Part shown: in pieces, positions 1-7,828 of the stretch
How positions within the stretch are numbered: the stretch's first letter is position 1
How the letters are laid out: each line of letters opens with the position of its first letter
Origin: an uncultured Actinomycetes bacterium
GTDB taxonomy: Bacteria > Actinomycetota > Thermoleophilia > Gaiellales > JAICJC01
DNA length: 64,000 bases
Assembly (NCBI GenBank): GCA_963732075.1
Contig: CAVSYD010000005.1
Span: forward strand, 46,483-110,482
Reading direction: 5' to 3'
Notes under the pieces: model-generated
The model's database searches: none
The model's input: the letters and a program-made list of their open reading frames with translations, nothing else
Told to the model about the DNA's origin: nothing
Made by a program: the position numbers and the translations under genes

Positions 1-398
1 ATGACGCGGTAGTAATGCAGGCTCGGGTCCACTGGACCCACGCCCCAAAGATCAGCCTGTTTTTGCCCATCATGAAAATCAGTTGCGGCTATAACTACCA
101 TTGAGGCAGAGAGATTGTTCAATTCAGAATCTCCGCGCACAAACTCCACGCGTTCCCCAATCTTTGCAGGTCTTCCAATGCACAGCACAACGTATCCACG
201 CGCTTCCATAGTTCGCTGGCACAACTGCTCTATCGTTTCCGTCATCGATCTGCACTCTCCATACAGACACCCGCAAATTCCTACCGTGAATGCCATCATG
301 GCGACTCTCCACCCGTTATGAATTTGCAGATATCCCGTAATAGAAGAACAGCCCACCATGCCTATGAACCTAGCCACCACGCTGCCAGTAATTTTCAT
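1..398 (-). CDS. hypothetical protein, 3' end cut by the window edge
   Basis: Open frame from ATG at 398 runs off the left edge, so it has no stop and is absent from the ORF track. Its start overlaps the stop of ORF 395..577 in an ATGA motif. N-terminus is hydrophobic. No family recognised. Confidence 0.4.
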   Translation of the reverse strand, partial: MKITGSVVARFIGMVGCSSITGYLQIHNGWRVAMMAFTVGICGCLYGECRSMTETIEQLCQRTMEARGYVVLCIGRPAKIGERVEFVRGDSELNNLSASMVVIAATDFHDGQKQADLWGVGPVDPSLHYYRV

Positions 399-577
399 CT
401 CTCCCCCAACTGCCTTTCATAGTGCTCGAAGTGCTCCTGATACACCTTCCGCGATGCCCTGATCGCCGCTGACCGCGCCATGAGCTTCGCCGCCATCCAA
501 TCCAGCCAGTCAGGGCTAAACCAGCGTGGGCTAGCTAGGGAGCCGAAGACGAGGATGACGAGGAGGAGGGCGGTCAT
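395..577 (-). CDS. small membrane protein (60 aa), hypothetical
   Basis: ORF track. N-terminal hydrophobic helix MTALLLVILVFGSLA. 4-nt overlaps with both neighbours suggest translational coupling. Confidence 0.45.
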   Translation of the reverse strand: MTALLLVILVFGSLASPRWFSPDWLDWMAAKLMARSAAIRASRKVYQEHFEHYERQLGER

Positions 578-726
578 ACCTCCCTAGCCTCATACTGCGC
601 GCTAGGCAGACCATTTGTCAGCATCCATTCCATTGCCGCCTTCTCGGTCTTGAAAAGCGTAGTGCTGCCCTTGCCGTCCGAGTGAGACATGCGTGAACCG
701 TCTTTCTTGTTGATCACTTCGTACAT
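574..726 (-). CDS. hypothetical protein (50 aa)
   Basis: Internal ATG of ORF 574..795 is preceded by AGAAGGAGAAAAT (Shine-Dalgarno). Product MYEVINKKDGSR... No family recognised. Confidence 0.45.
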   Translation of the reverse strand: MYEVINKKDGSRMSHSDGKGSTTLFKTEKAAMEWMLTNGLPSAQYEAREV

Positions 727-801
727 ATTTTCTCCTTCTAAATTTCCCCGCTCAGGGCCTCGCGGCGACCGTCCCCCGGCATCCACGAAACCCACGAGCG
801 G

Positions 802-1041
802 TTATTGGGTTTTCTTTTTCCCACAAGCCATCGCGTTAGTGATCGCGCAACAAGCCCTTAACGTGATTCCGTTCCCGGCGGAACAAACGGAGGCTATCCC
901 GTCCTTGAACCGAATCTCCCCTGCTCGGTTCCACACAGGAAAGGAGTCACGCACCCGAATGAACATACAGATCGCGCTTCTCGGAGCTTTAGGGGACCGG
1001 GCCGCCGCTATGGCAGTGAGTTTGTTGCCGATGGTCCCCAA
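802..1041 (-). CDS. hypothetical Cys-rich protein (TTG start, uncertain)
   Basis: ORF track. It fills the gap in the co-directional operon. The start codon is weak and an opposite-strand ORF 689..1060 competes. Confidence 0.3.
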   Translation of the reverse strand: MGTIGNKLTAIAAARSPKAPRSAICMFIRVRDSFPVWNRAGEIRFKDGIASVCSAGNGITLRACCAITNAMACGKKKTQ

Positions 1042-1063
1042 TCACGACGAGACGCCGTGAATC

Positions 1064-2695
1064 CTAAAATAGCCTTCCGTCTGGCGGCTTGCCGTCCCCC
1101 GCCTTCTCTCCCACCTCCGCCGCGATGTCGGCAACGGTCCTGCCTGCCTCCGCCTTCGCCGCCGTCTCATTGGCCGTCTTGAAAATCTGCATCTTATCCC
1201 AGACCTGCTTATAGTTCTGCGCCGTGATGGACTCGTAACTTTCATTCCCGGTCACGGACATCAGATAGACCCTGAATACCGCCTCCTCAAGGCCGTAAGG
1301 GTTACTGGGAGACTTCAGAAACGTCTGCTTCGTCCGCTCCCGCCACTTCGCGTCATCGGTCGACGGCATAGGCGGGCGGGAAGTGCCGGGAAGAGTGGCC
1401 CCAGGTGCGCCCGGCAATGGGTTAGGAAGGGTTACCGGCACACTCGGCTTCTCCGGCGCCAGCGGCTCGACATGGACCGGCGTAGGCTCGGTAGCGATGA
1501 CGGGTGGCTCCGCTACAGGTTCCTTTGGTTGCCGCGGCGCGCGCTGGCGCTGCTCGGAGAGCTTGGCGGATAACTCCTCCGTCTTTACCTGCGTGGCCTT
1601 AGCCGCCTGAGCGCTACCCGCATCCTCAGTACCCTCTCCACCGTCCTCCTCATCGTAGTCTGCTGTGATGTCCACAGCCTCGGGATAGAACTCTGCGGCG
1701 ATAGCTGGCGCTGATAACTGCGGAACCATCTCGATCTCTTCCACATGGCGCGCGGTGACTGCCCGCGGAACCCACGCGTTTGCCTCGAACCTGGCGCGGA
1801 GGGCCTTCATGTCTTCGGCGCGAAGCTCTAGGGATACGCCGTACTGCGTAGCCGCTTGCCCGTTGTGATTGGTACGGAAAGGCGAGAGGATCATCTTTAG
1901 CGGTAAGCCAATGATGGAGGAACCCACTCGCCCCGCTGATTGTCGCATAGATTCAATGGCAGAGAAAATCTGCGACGATGAGCGAAAACTGGTTGTGTGA
2001 AAATATGCCGTCGCCCCGAGGCGCATATTGTTGGCGAGCTGGAAATTCAGGGTTACGCCCGGCTTGCACCCGCCTCCGTCCTGAGCGTAGAGGCAGCCAT
2101 CCAGCCAGCACGGCTGGCAGTCGTAGAATTTAAGGCCGGCCGTATTGGCTTTCTCCCAAATCGGGAACAGCGGAGAGTCCTTCGCTGGAATCATCTTTGT
2201 GGACCGATCAGCGTTGACGCCGTCCCCATGACACTTCAATTCCGACGCGCTCCACATCTGATATTCGCCCTGGTAGGGATTGTCGGACATCAGCACGATA
2301 TCGATCTCCCGCGGCGTTTCCCCGTGCGCCTCAATGGCCGCAAAGTCCGGCTCGAATACTTCCACCGTCTTGCCGCCATCCTCGACCACTGACCGCTTGG
2401 TAAACGTGAAGAAAGGCAGTTTCTGTGGGCGATTACTGACCGCTGCTTCCTTGAAGTGCTCGGCGTGGAAGGCTTCGGCTTCGGCGCGGGTGGATACTTG
2501 GGCGACAGTCTTCATGGTTAGCTTTTTGTCATTCCAGACGCCGTAGCGTATGATCCACTTGCCTTTCCATAGATAGATGCTGGAGGCGCGGCCTTTGGGG
2601 ATGCCGATGGAGACCTTGAGAACACGGCTTTCCCTGATGATAGGAGCCTTGCTCTCCCGGTCGTGGGTGATTCCGAATAAAACGTTTTTGATCAT
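1064..2695 (-). CDS. 543-aa hypothetical protein: Cys cluster, acidic/Pro-rich linker, C-terminal domain; last gene of the recombination module
   Basis: ATG at 2695 (MIKNVLFG...) overlaps the stop of ORF 2692..2874 as ATGA. Motifs CHGDG, CQPCWLDGC, GGGCKPG, then DYDEEDGGEGTED and a Pro-rich stretch. No known family recognised by eye. Confidence 0.6.
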   Translation of the reverse strand: MIKNVLFGITHDRESKAPIIRESRVLKVSIGIPKGRASSIYLWKGKWIIRYGVWNDKKLTMKTVAQVSTRAEAEAFHAEHFKEAAVSNRPQKLPFFTFTKRSVVEDGGKTVEVFEPDFAAIEAHGETPREIDIVLMSDNPYQGEYQMWSASELKCHGDGVNADRSTKMIPAKDSPLFPIWEKANTAGLKFYDCQPCWLDGCLYAQDGGGCKPGVTLNFQLANNMRLGATAYFHTTSFRSSSQIFSAIESMRQSAGRVGSSIIGLPLKMILSPFRTNHNGQAATQYGVSLELRAEDMKALRARFEANAWVPRAVTARHVEEIEMVPQLSAPAIAAEFYPEAVDITADYDEEDGGEGTEDAGSAQAAKATQVKTEELSAKLSEQRQRAPRQPKEPVAEPPVIATEPTPVHVEPLAPEKPSVPVTLPNPLPGAPGATLPGTSRPPMPSTDDAKWRERTKQTFLKSPSNPYGLEEAVFRVYLMSVTGNESYESITAQNYKQVWDKMQIFKTANETAAKAEAGRTVADIAAEVGEKAGDGKPPDGRLF

Positions 2696-2874
2696 GCTGT
2701 TTTCTCTGCGTAGATCCTTTCCAAAATCTCTTCCTGCCTGTCGCTGATGGAACCGTACCCAACAAACTGTCCAGTAACGGACTCCATGAAATGCTCCTCC
2801 CAATCGTTCAGCCCGCGTCCTTCGTTGTTGATGCGATCGATCCATTCGGCGATGACCTGCTTAGGCTTGGTCAT
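2692..2874 (-). CDS. hypothetical protein (60 aa)
   Basis: ORF track. 4-nt overlaps on both sides. Natural-looking composition (MTKPKQVIAEWIDRINNEGRG...). Confidence 0.5.
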   Translation of the reverse strand: MTKPKQVIAEWIDRINNEGRGLNDWEEHFMESVTGQFVGYGSISDRQEEILERIYAEKTA

Positions 2875-3053
2875 TCTTTCTCCTTAAATTCGCATCTCTC
2901 GCTGCACTCACACTGCCCCCAGTTACATTCTGCGGTAGAGCCAGTGCTCTTAAATTTACAGCGGCACTCCTCCTCGCACGGCTCGCCCGCGCACCACAGC
3001 CAGCCCACGCAGAGGACGGCGAACATGATGGTGGCGGCGGTTAGGTCAGTCAT
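2871..3053 (-). CDS. small membrane-anchored Cys-rich protein (60 aa)
   Basis: ORF track. N-terminal TM segment (ATIMFAVLCVGWLWC) followed by 8 Cys in 35 aa. Overlaps both neighbours by 4 nt. Confidence 0.5.
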   Translation of the reverse strand: MTDLTAATIMFAVLCVGWLWCAGEPCEEECRCKFKSTGSTAECNWGQCECSERCEFKEKE

Positions 3054-3805
3054 AATCCTAGCCTCTCCAGTTCCACGCGAAGTGCATCCTTCGTGCTGCC
3101 AGGGAAGTCTTTACCGAGCACCCATCCCGCGAAGCCCGGATCTTGACTGACCTTCTTGCCCCGCGTCTTTGCTCCGAAGTTGAAGCAAACGTCTCCATCC
3201 GCATCGCGGTAGAGCTTGCCGGATAGGTCCACAAAATCTAGCTCATCGCGCTTGGAGAATGTGGCGAGATCCGCCAGGGGCATCGATTCCATGTCATACA
3301 TCGACAATTGCCCCATAAGGACGTCTACCGTTGCGGCAGCGTCGGCAAGCGCCCCATGCGCTCCCTCGTGCGAACGCCCGCAGAACTTCTTTACCGCTGC
3401 TATGAGGTCGCGCGGCTCTTTCTTGGCGAAGATACCGAAGGCGTCGATGATGGAAACATTGGAGATGTCTAGCACCAGCCCGCATCGGCGGAACTCTTCA
3501 TCCAGCATCGGAAGGTCAAGTGATCGGATGTTATAGCCTAGCAGGTCCTTGCCTTGAAGTCCGCGCAGGATGGCCGCCGCGAACTGTTTGAACGGTGGCT
3601 TATCGGCCACCATGGCGTCCGTGATTCCGTGTACCTTCGTGGCACCCTCGCCGATCGGCATCCCAGGATTGAACACTTGCTCGAAACTATTGCGCTTGCC
3701 GTCTGGATGCAGGACCATGACGCCGAGAGACACGATGCGGTCGAGTACGGGGTCGGTGCCCGTGGTTTCGATGTCGATGCTGGCGAGGGGGCGGGTTAAC
3801 TTCAT
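3050..3805 (-). CDS. DnaQ-like DEDDh 3'-5' exonuclease
   Basis: Exo I motif SIDIETTG, Exo II GYNIRSLDLPML, Exo III HGALADAAATVDVL (H-x4-D). These are typical of the DNA polymerase III epsilon / RNase T family. Confidence 0.85.
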   Translation of the reverse strand: MKLTRPLASIDIETTGTDPVLDRIVSLGVMVLHPDGKRNSFEQVFNPGMPIGEGATKVHGITDAMVADKPPFKQFAAAILRGLQGKDLLGYNIRSLDLPMLDEEFRRCGLVLDISNVSIIDAFGIFAKKEPRDLIAAVKKFCGRSHEGAHGALADAAATVDVLMGQLSMYDMESMPLADLATFSKRDELDFVDLSGKLYRDADGDVCFNFGAKTRGKKVSQDPGFAGWVLGKDFPGSTKDALRVELERLGL

Positions 3806-4732
3806 TCACTTCCCTCCCTTCGCCGGATATAAACGCAAAGGCCGCTCTTTGTGCTCGGGAACCACGTACTGCTTCTTTGTGAACTCGTAAAACTGAATCT
3901 TAGCCCCGCCGGATGAAACCATAGTCCGATCTCCAAGAGCGCACTCTAGCTCCGCTTTAGTTTCCTCGAATAGTTCGCTGGCTTCCTTACGAAGATCGCG
4001 CCGCTCAATAAACTCCTGAACCAATGGCCTTAATGACTCGTCTGGCGTGTAGTCCGACTCTGGGGCTAGCTCCACCAGCGCTGATCCTTGGCAGGTAACG
4101 CGAAACTCGCATTGCTGACACCTACGGTCGTCGGGCTCCAGCGCGTCGGGGATGGGGCCATTCTCGACGGTGGCCCAGAAGGCAGGCCCAGCCGCCAGCA
4201 TCTCCGCGTGCAACTTGGCGTCTGCCTCGTGGTCCCAATACATCAGGTTCCCATCGTCGCGGCATCCTATAGCGAATGATCCCCACGTCGCGCCAGTGAC
4301 CATCATGCCCCACTGGAGTTGGAGGATGTAATCTTCCGGTAGTCCCTCGCGCTTGTACTTGTAGAAGGCGGCGCGACCGCAGGATTTGATTTCGAGGACG
4401 CCGAAGCCCTCGCCGTGATCGCCGTAATCTTTCCATACAAAGCGATCCACGTTCACTCGGAGTTCAGTGTGAATGGGATGCGAATAGACGTGCATCTGAA
4501 TCTCAAGATGCCGCGACGTCTGCTTCGCATACTTCTCCGCGAACCACGGCTCCAGGAATTGCCCTAGCGCCATGGCGTCCGTTTCTTCGCGTGGGAAGTC
4601 TTCCGGGGTGGATCGTTTGCCGTACCATAGGCGGCGTTGGCAGCCCCATCCGATGTTGAAGAGGGATGCGGCATCTGAACCACCTATCCCAAGCTTGCGC
4701 TCTGCCAGAAATGCGGCTCGGTCGGTGGTCAT
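3806..4732 (-). CDS. YqaJ-like PD-(D/E)XK recombination exonuclease with a Cas4/AddB-type Cys motif
   Basis: N-terminal KLGIGGSDAASLF (YqaJ signature). Candidate catalytic VNVDRF and GVLEIKS (D...ExK). One N-terminal Cys (GWGCQRR) plus C-terminal CQQCEFRVTC (C-x2-C-x5-C). Confidence 0.8.
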   Translation of the reverse strand: MTTDRAAFLAERKLGIGGSDAASLFNIGWGCQRRLWYGKRSTPEDFPREETDAMALGQFLEPWFAEKYAKQTSRHLEIQMHVYSHPIHTELRVNVDRFVWKDYGDHGEGFGVLEIKSCGRAAFYKYKREGLPEDYILQLQWGMMVTGATWGSFAIGCRDDGNLMYWDHEADAKLHAEMLAAGPAFWATVENGPIPDALEPDDRRCQQCEFRVTCQGSALVELAPESDYTPDESLRPLVQEFIERRDLRKEASELFEETKAELECALGDRTMVSSGGAKIQFYEFTKKQYVVPEHKERPLRLYPAKGGK

Positions 4733-5064
4733 GCCTGCGCGACCTCAATCTCCGCCTCATCATCGGGCGACAGTAGCGGGTCGCAGTCCCATTCAATCGG
4801 TCGCCGAACGAGCCTGCAAACCTTGCTCCGATCAATCCAAATAGTGAAGCCGGGGACCGTGAGCGACTTGTATTTGATCGAGGCGTACTGATCATCGTCG
4901 CGGCCCATGTCCTTATCGAACTTTCCGCCAATGGCCTTAATGAGCGCTATGACCTCATTCTTGGATGAGCAGAACACATTCAACGATGGGGCTAATAGCG
5001 GCGCGTCCACGTCATATGCATCGGCCAGTTTTCTCAGCGTAGCGGCTACTTCTTTGCTTGTCAT
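4729..5064 (-). CDS. hypothetical protein (111 aa), first gene of the leftward operon
   Basis: ORF track. ATG at 5064 is preceded by GAGGAGA. Overlaps the downstream exonuclease gene by 4 nt. Confidence 0.55.
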   Translation of the reverse strand: MTSKEVAATLRKLADAYDVDAPLLAPSLNVFCSSKNEVIALIKAIGGKFDKDMGRDDDQYASIKYKSLTVPGFTIWIDRSKVCRLVRRPIEWDCDPLLSPDDEAEIEVAQA

Positions 5065-5091
5065 GTCTCTTTTACTCTCCTCGCGAAACCC

Positions 5092-5120
5092 ATGCTACAA
5101 CGGAGCGCGGAGGTTGTCAA
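5092..5120 (-). promoter_or_regulatory. candidate sigma70-type leftward promoter
   Basis: On the minus strand: TTGACA (5120..5115), 17-nt spacer, TAGCAT (5097..5092), then GAGGAGA and ATG at 5064. Confidence 0.5.
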
Positions 5121-5130
5121 CAGCAAAGTG

Positions 5131-5159
5131 TTGACTTGTGAAAATAAATGCTGTATGCT
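5131..5159 (+). promoter_or_regulatory. candidate sigma70-type rightward promoter; its -35 box is one arm of an inverted repeat with the leftward -35 box
   Basis: TTGACT (5131..5136), 17-nt spacer, TATGCT (5154..5159). Inverted repeat GTCAACA-6 nt-TGTTGAC spans 5116..5135. The predicted transcription start lies at or next to ATG 5167. Confidence 0.5.
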
Positions 5160-5166
5160 TTTCCAC

Positions 5167-5319
5167 ATGGACACAGAGCCAATGAAAACGGTCGCCATCC
5201 CTGAAGAGCTGCATGCTTCCCTCAAGGCCATAGCCGATGAGCGCGGTATGAAACTCAGGATTCTAATTGAACGCGCCCTGCGCTCGTTCGCGGCTAAGAA
5301 AGAAAAGACGGCAGCATGA
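5167..5319 (+). CDS. ribbon-helix-helix (Arc/CopG/MetJ-like) DNA-binding protein, probable switch repressor
   Basis: MDTEPMKTVAIPEELHASLKAIADERGMKLRILIERALRSF fits a beta-strand, helix, helix RHH pattern. The start could instead be 5182. The ORF-track start at 5092 lies inside the promoter region. Confidence 0.65.
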   Translation: MDTEPMKTVAIPEELHASLKAIADERGMKLRILIERALRSFAAKKEKTAA

Positions 5320-5792
5320 CTTGGGTATACTTGGCAAAAAGTTCCGATGGGTCAACTTTGAAGATTGGCCGTAGCTGTAATCCGAATAGGCGAATGGGGC
5401 AATTGCGAAGACATGCCATCCAAGTACTTAAGCGTGACGTTGGTAGCTTTACGCTTATTCACGCCATGCGCGGAGGACCCAAGCTAGAGAGGGCCATGCA
5501 ATACCTTTTTATTCCGCGATTCGGAAGGCCGGGATATGAATGGTTTTCGTTCTCGGATGAGATCGTAGATTTCTTCCTCGGTGGAGAAAAGCCTCCAGAG
5601 CCAAAAGAATGGAGGCAGGCAATCGTATACCGGTACCAAGAAAAGAAGCGTCTAGCCATTGCTGAAAAATGGCGTCTACATTGGGCCTTAGAGCGTGCTA
5701 CATGGGGCGATGTGGATGATGATGGAAATAAGGTGCCATCCCTGATTATCCACCGCGCCCTGGAGCGCGAGCGCAAGGAAGCGGGCATATGA
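5316..5792 (+). CDS. T5orf172 / MUG113 (GIY-YIG-superfamily-like) domain protein
   Basis: WVYLAKSSDGSTLKIGRSCNPNRRMGQL ... LERAMQYLF ... GYEWFSF matches the T5orf172 pattern (vY..., KIG.t.n...R, E..lH, EWF). ATGA overlap with the RHH gene. Confidence 0.65.
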   Translation: MTWVYLAKSSDGSTLKIGRSCNPNRRMGQLRRHAIQVLKRDVGSFTLIHAMRGGPKLERAMQYLFIPRFGRPGYEWFSFSDEIVDFFLGGEKPPEPKEWRQAIVYRYQEKKRLAIAEKWRLHWALERATWGDVDDDGNKVPSLIIHRALERERKEAGI

Positions 5793-5953
5793 CCGGCCAC
5801 TGTTCCCGCTGCAAAGTAAAGCTGGACGATAAGAACTCCAATGACACGACCAGAATGAGGCAGGCCGGGCAGTGCCGCTCATGCGCCGCGGTCTACATGA
5901 TTGCGTGGAGGAAACGCCGTAAGGCTAAGCGCTGCGCTATCCTAACCCCATGA
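5789..5953 (+). CDS. 54-aa zinc-ribbon-like protein (below the ORF-track length cutoff)
   Basis: My translation: MTGHCSRCKVKLDDKNSNDTTRMRQAGQCRSCAAVYMIAWRKRRKAKRCAILTP. It has CxxC...CxxC and a basic tail. ATGA overlaps on both sides. Confidence 0.5.
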   Translation: MTGHCSRCKVKLDDKNSNDTTRMRQAGQCRSCAAVYMIAWRKRRKAKRCAILTP

Positions 5954-6303
5954 AGCCCATCTTGCTTTTCCTGCTCTCTGCGCTCGCTCTCTGCGCCCAA
6001 ATACCGCCCGGTTGCGTTGCCAATGTCCACTGTGTCAGCCTGTCATGGACTGACACCGCCAACCCGGCCGGTACGACCTATAACGTCTATCGCGCGTCGG
6101 GACTGTGTAGCGGCACTCCGGCCTTCACGCAGATCATCGCTGGAGTGGTTCCCAAGATATACGCGGACCAGACGGTAACTACGGGGACATGGTGTTATGC
6201 AGTTACTGCGGCTGGAGGCGGGCTCGAGTCAGCTAAAAGCGCCCCGGTGCAAGCCGTGATAACGCTGTTCGCGCCGCAAGCAGTTTTTGCTACGGGGCAG
6301 TGA
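5950..6303 (+). CDS. secreted fibronectin type III-like protein
   Basis: Signal peptide MKPILLFLLSALALCAQ. FN3-like pattern VSLSWTD...YNVYRA...YADQTV..G.WCYAVTA...ES. Confidence 0.6.
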   Translation: MKPILLFLLSALALCAQIPPGCVANVHCVSLSWTDTANPAGTTYNVYRASGLCSGTPAFTQIIAGVVPKIYADQTVTTGTWCYAVTAAGGGLESAKSAPVQAVITLFAPQAVFATGQ

Positions 6304-6333
6304 GTGGTGCGGTCGCATTCCTGAACCTTACCA

Positions 6334-6855
6334 TCACTGATTGGTCATCTGAACAGAGTCGAAAACCGCCGAACTACCGCTTGCCGAGAGGGTAGCACCC
6401 GTGTTGTTAGTGCAGACGATACCCCAGATTGCCGGGACGGCCCCTCCGAAGGCAGCCGCGATGGAATAGGGGCCTGCCGTATACGTGGTCGCATTGGCCA
6501 CGGCATTGATAATCCCGATCTGGATTAGGTTTGTAGGGCTCGTGAGTGTCTGGCCGGCATCCGTACCTGTTACTCCATCGGTGCAGGTCGAAGTCCCGCC
6601 CACGCAGCCGTAGGCGTATATGATAACGGTGCCCGTTGCGGACACGCCCGAGGCACCGGTCTTGGCAATGACATACACTTGCTCGTCCACATCCAGATTG
6701 GTGGTGTTGGCTACCGACGCCGATCCGCGACTGCTGTTGTTTGTCAGTGAAGCAAGCGTAATGGTGAGGGACGTATTGGTTGCTCGATAGCTGGGCTTGA
6801 TTGTGGTTGCCAGCAACATAGTTGGAATGAGAAGAAAGGCTAGTAGTTTTTTCAT
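6334..6855 (-). CDS. secreted beta-rich hypothetical protein (173 aa), last gene of the large minus-strand operon
   Basis: Signal-peptide-like N-terminus MKKLLAFLLIPTMLLA. Thr/Ser/Gly/Ala/Asn-rich. Starts 2 nt downstream of the GH16 stop. Confidence 0.6.
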   Translation of the reverse strand: MKKLLAFLLIPTMLLATTIKPSYRATNTSLTITLASLTNNSSRGSASVANTTNLDVDEQVYVIAKTGASGVSATGTVIIYAYGCVGGTSTCTDGVTGTDAGQTLTSPTNLIQIGIINAVANATTYTAGPYSIAAAFGGAVPAIWGIVCTNNTGATLSASGSSAVFDSVQMTNQ

Positions 6856-6857
6856 AA

Positions 6858-7826
6858 TTATTGAATCACCGGCCCACCCGTAGATACCGGACCACCGCGA
6901 ATGGAGGCTGCGCCAGAGCTTATATTGCCCCCGGCCAAGCGTGCCATGCGGGCCAGCGGTCGCAAGGCGAGGGCCGGCACGGGAGGCTGAAAGTCGTCAA
7001 AGAAGATCGTCGACCCCGCCAGATTTAGAACCTGCACGTAATCGGTATAGTGCGAAGCCGGGAGATTGCCATTCGTAGGCGTACCTCCCACGCCGCCAGT
7101 CTGGGTCAAAATGATCATAAACATTGGCAGGCTCATAGCCTGATTACAACTTGCCTGCTGGACGCCATCCATTGAAATTGAGATGGTAGTCGAAGTCCAG
7201 TGCATGCTGTAGGTGTGCCAGTTAGTGTCTACCGCGAATGTGGCGTCACAGACCCCAAACCCAGGATTGGCAATGTGGAACTGACACCAGCCACCAGAAT
7301 TGTAGCACTCCAGCATGTCTATTTCGGTGTAGTTGGCCGCACTTAGATTTGGGCAACCGTCAAAACCCGTATCTCCGGAGAACTTATTTGAATTCTGGCA
7401 ATTGGCCCCGAGTAGCCAGTGAGACGGCCATAGATTCGTGTTGGAGTTCGGATATTTTGTTCTGAAAATAACGGTTCCAAAGGTGAAGTTGAAGGTGTTC
7501 CACTGAATCTGTCCGGTTGTGTACGACCATGACGCTGGGGTGGTGTTGACGGTCCCGTCTGCGTTGAAATTACCGCAGGTCGAAGCTACAGCCGTAGTCG
7601 TGATGACCAGGTTCCCGTTTATCTGATTAACGCCAGAGGGCATATTACATTCGGTTTCATTCTGCCCGTACTCGCCGTGTCTGGAAACGACAGTCCACTG
7701 CTTGTTGAGCTGCCCCTGCGAGAGTGTCTGGCATACCGGCGACTTCCAACTGAGCGTGGCACCGCAGCCGTGCTGAGCAAGCGCGCATGCGGGCAAAAGG
7801 AAAAGTAAAGCAATGAGAGATTTCAC
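6858..7826 (-). CDS. secreted glycoside hydrolase family 16 (laminarinase / beta-glucanase-like)
   Basis: GTG start. Signal peptide KSLIALLFLLPACALAQ. GH16 catalytic motif YTEIDMLE (E-x-D-x-x-E) and WPSHWLLG. Confidence 0.85.
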   Translation of the reverse strand: MKSLIALLFLLPACALAQHGCGATLSWKSPVCQTLSQGQLNKQWTVVSRHGEYGQNETECNMPSGVNQINGNLVITTTAVASTCGNFNADGTVNTTPASWSYTTGQIQWNTFNFTFGTVIFRTKYPNSNTNLWPSHWLLGANCQNSNKFSGDTGFDGCPNLSAANYTEIDMLECYNSGGWCQFHIANPGFGVCDATFAVDTNWHTYSMHWTSTTISISMDGVQQASCNQAMSLPMFMIILTQTGGVGGTPTNGNLPASHYTDYVQVLNLAGSTIFFDDFQPPVPALALRPLARMARLAGGNISSGAASIRGGPVSTGGPVIQ

Positions 7827-7828
7827 AT

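Noticed and set aside
115-321. ORF-track entries 115..321 (+) and 124..312 (-) at the left edge.
   Set aside because: A longer minus-strand frame from ATG 398 runs to the window edge, is translationally coupled to the upstream gene, and explains this region better.
689-1060. Plus-strand 123-aa ORF.
   Set aside because: It is antisense to a co-directional minus-strand operon, overlaps the 574..726 gene, and has no ribosome-binding site. Its composition is Pro/Ser/Arg-rich.
6858-7826. GH16 enzyme as the phage endolysin.
   Set aside because: GH16 enzymes act on beta-glucans and galactans, not peptidoglycan. The protein also has its own signal peptide and sits mid-operon.
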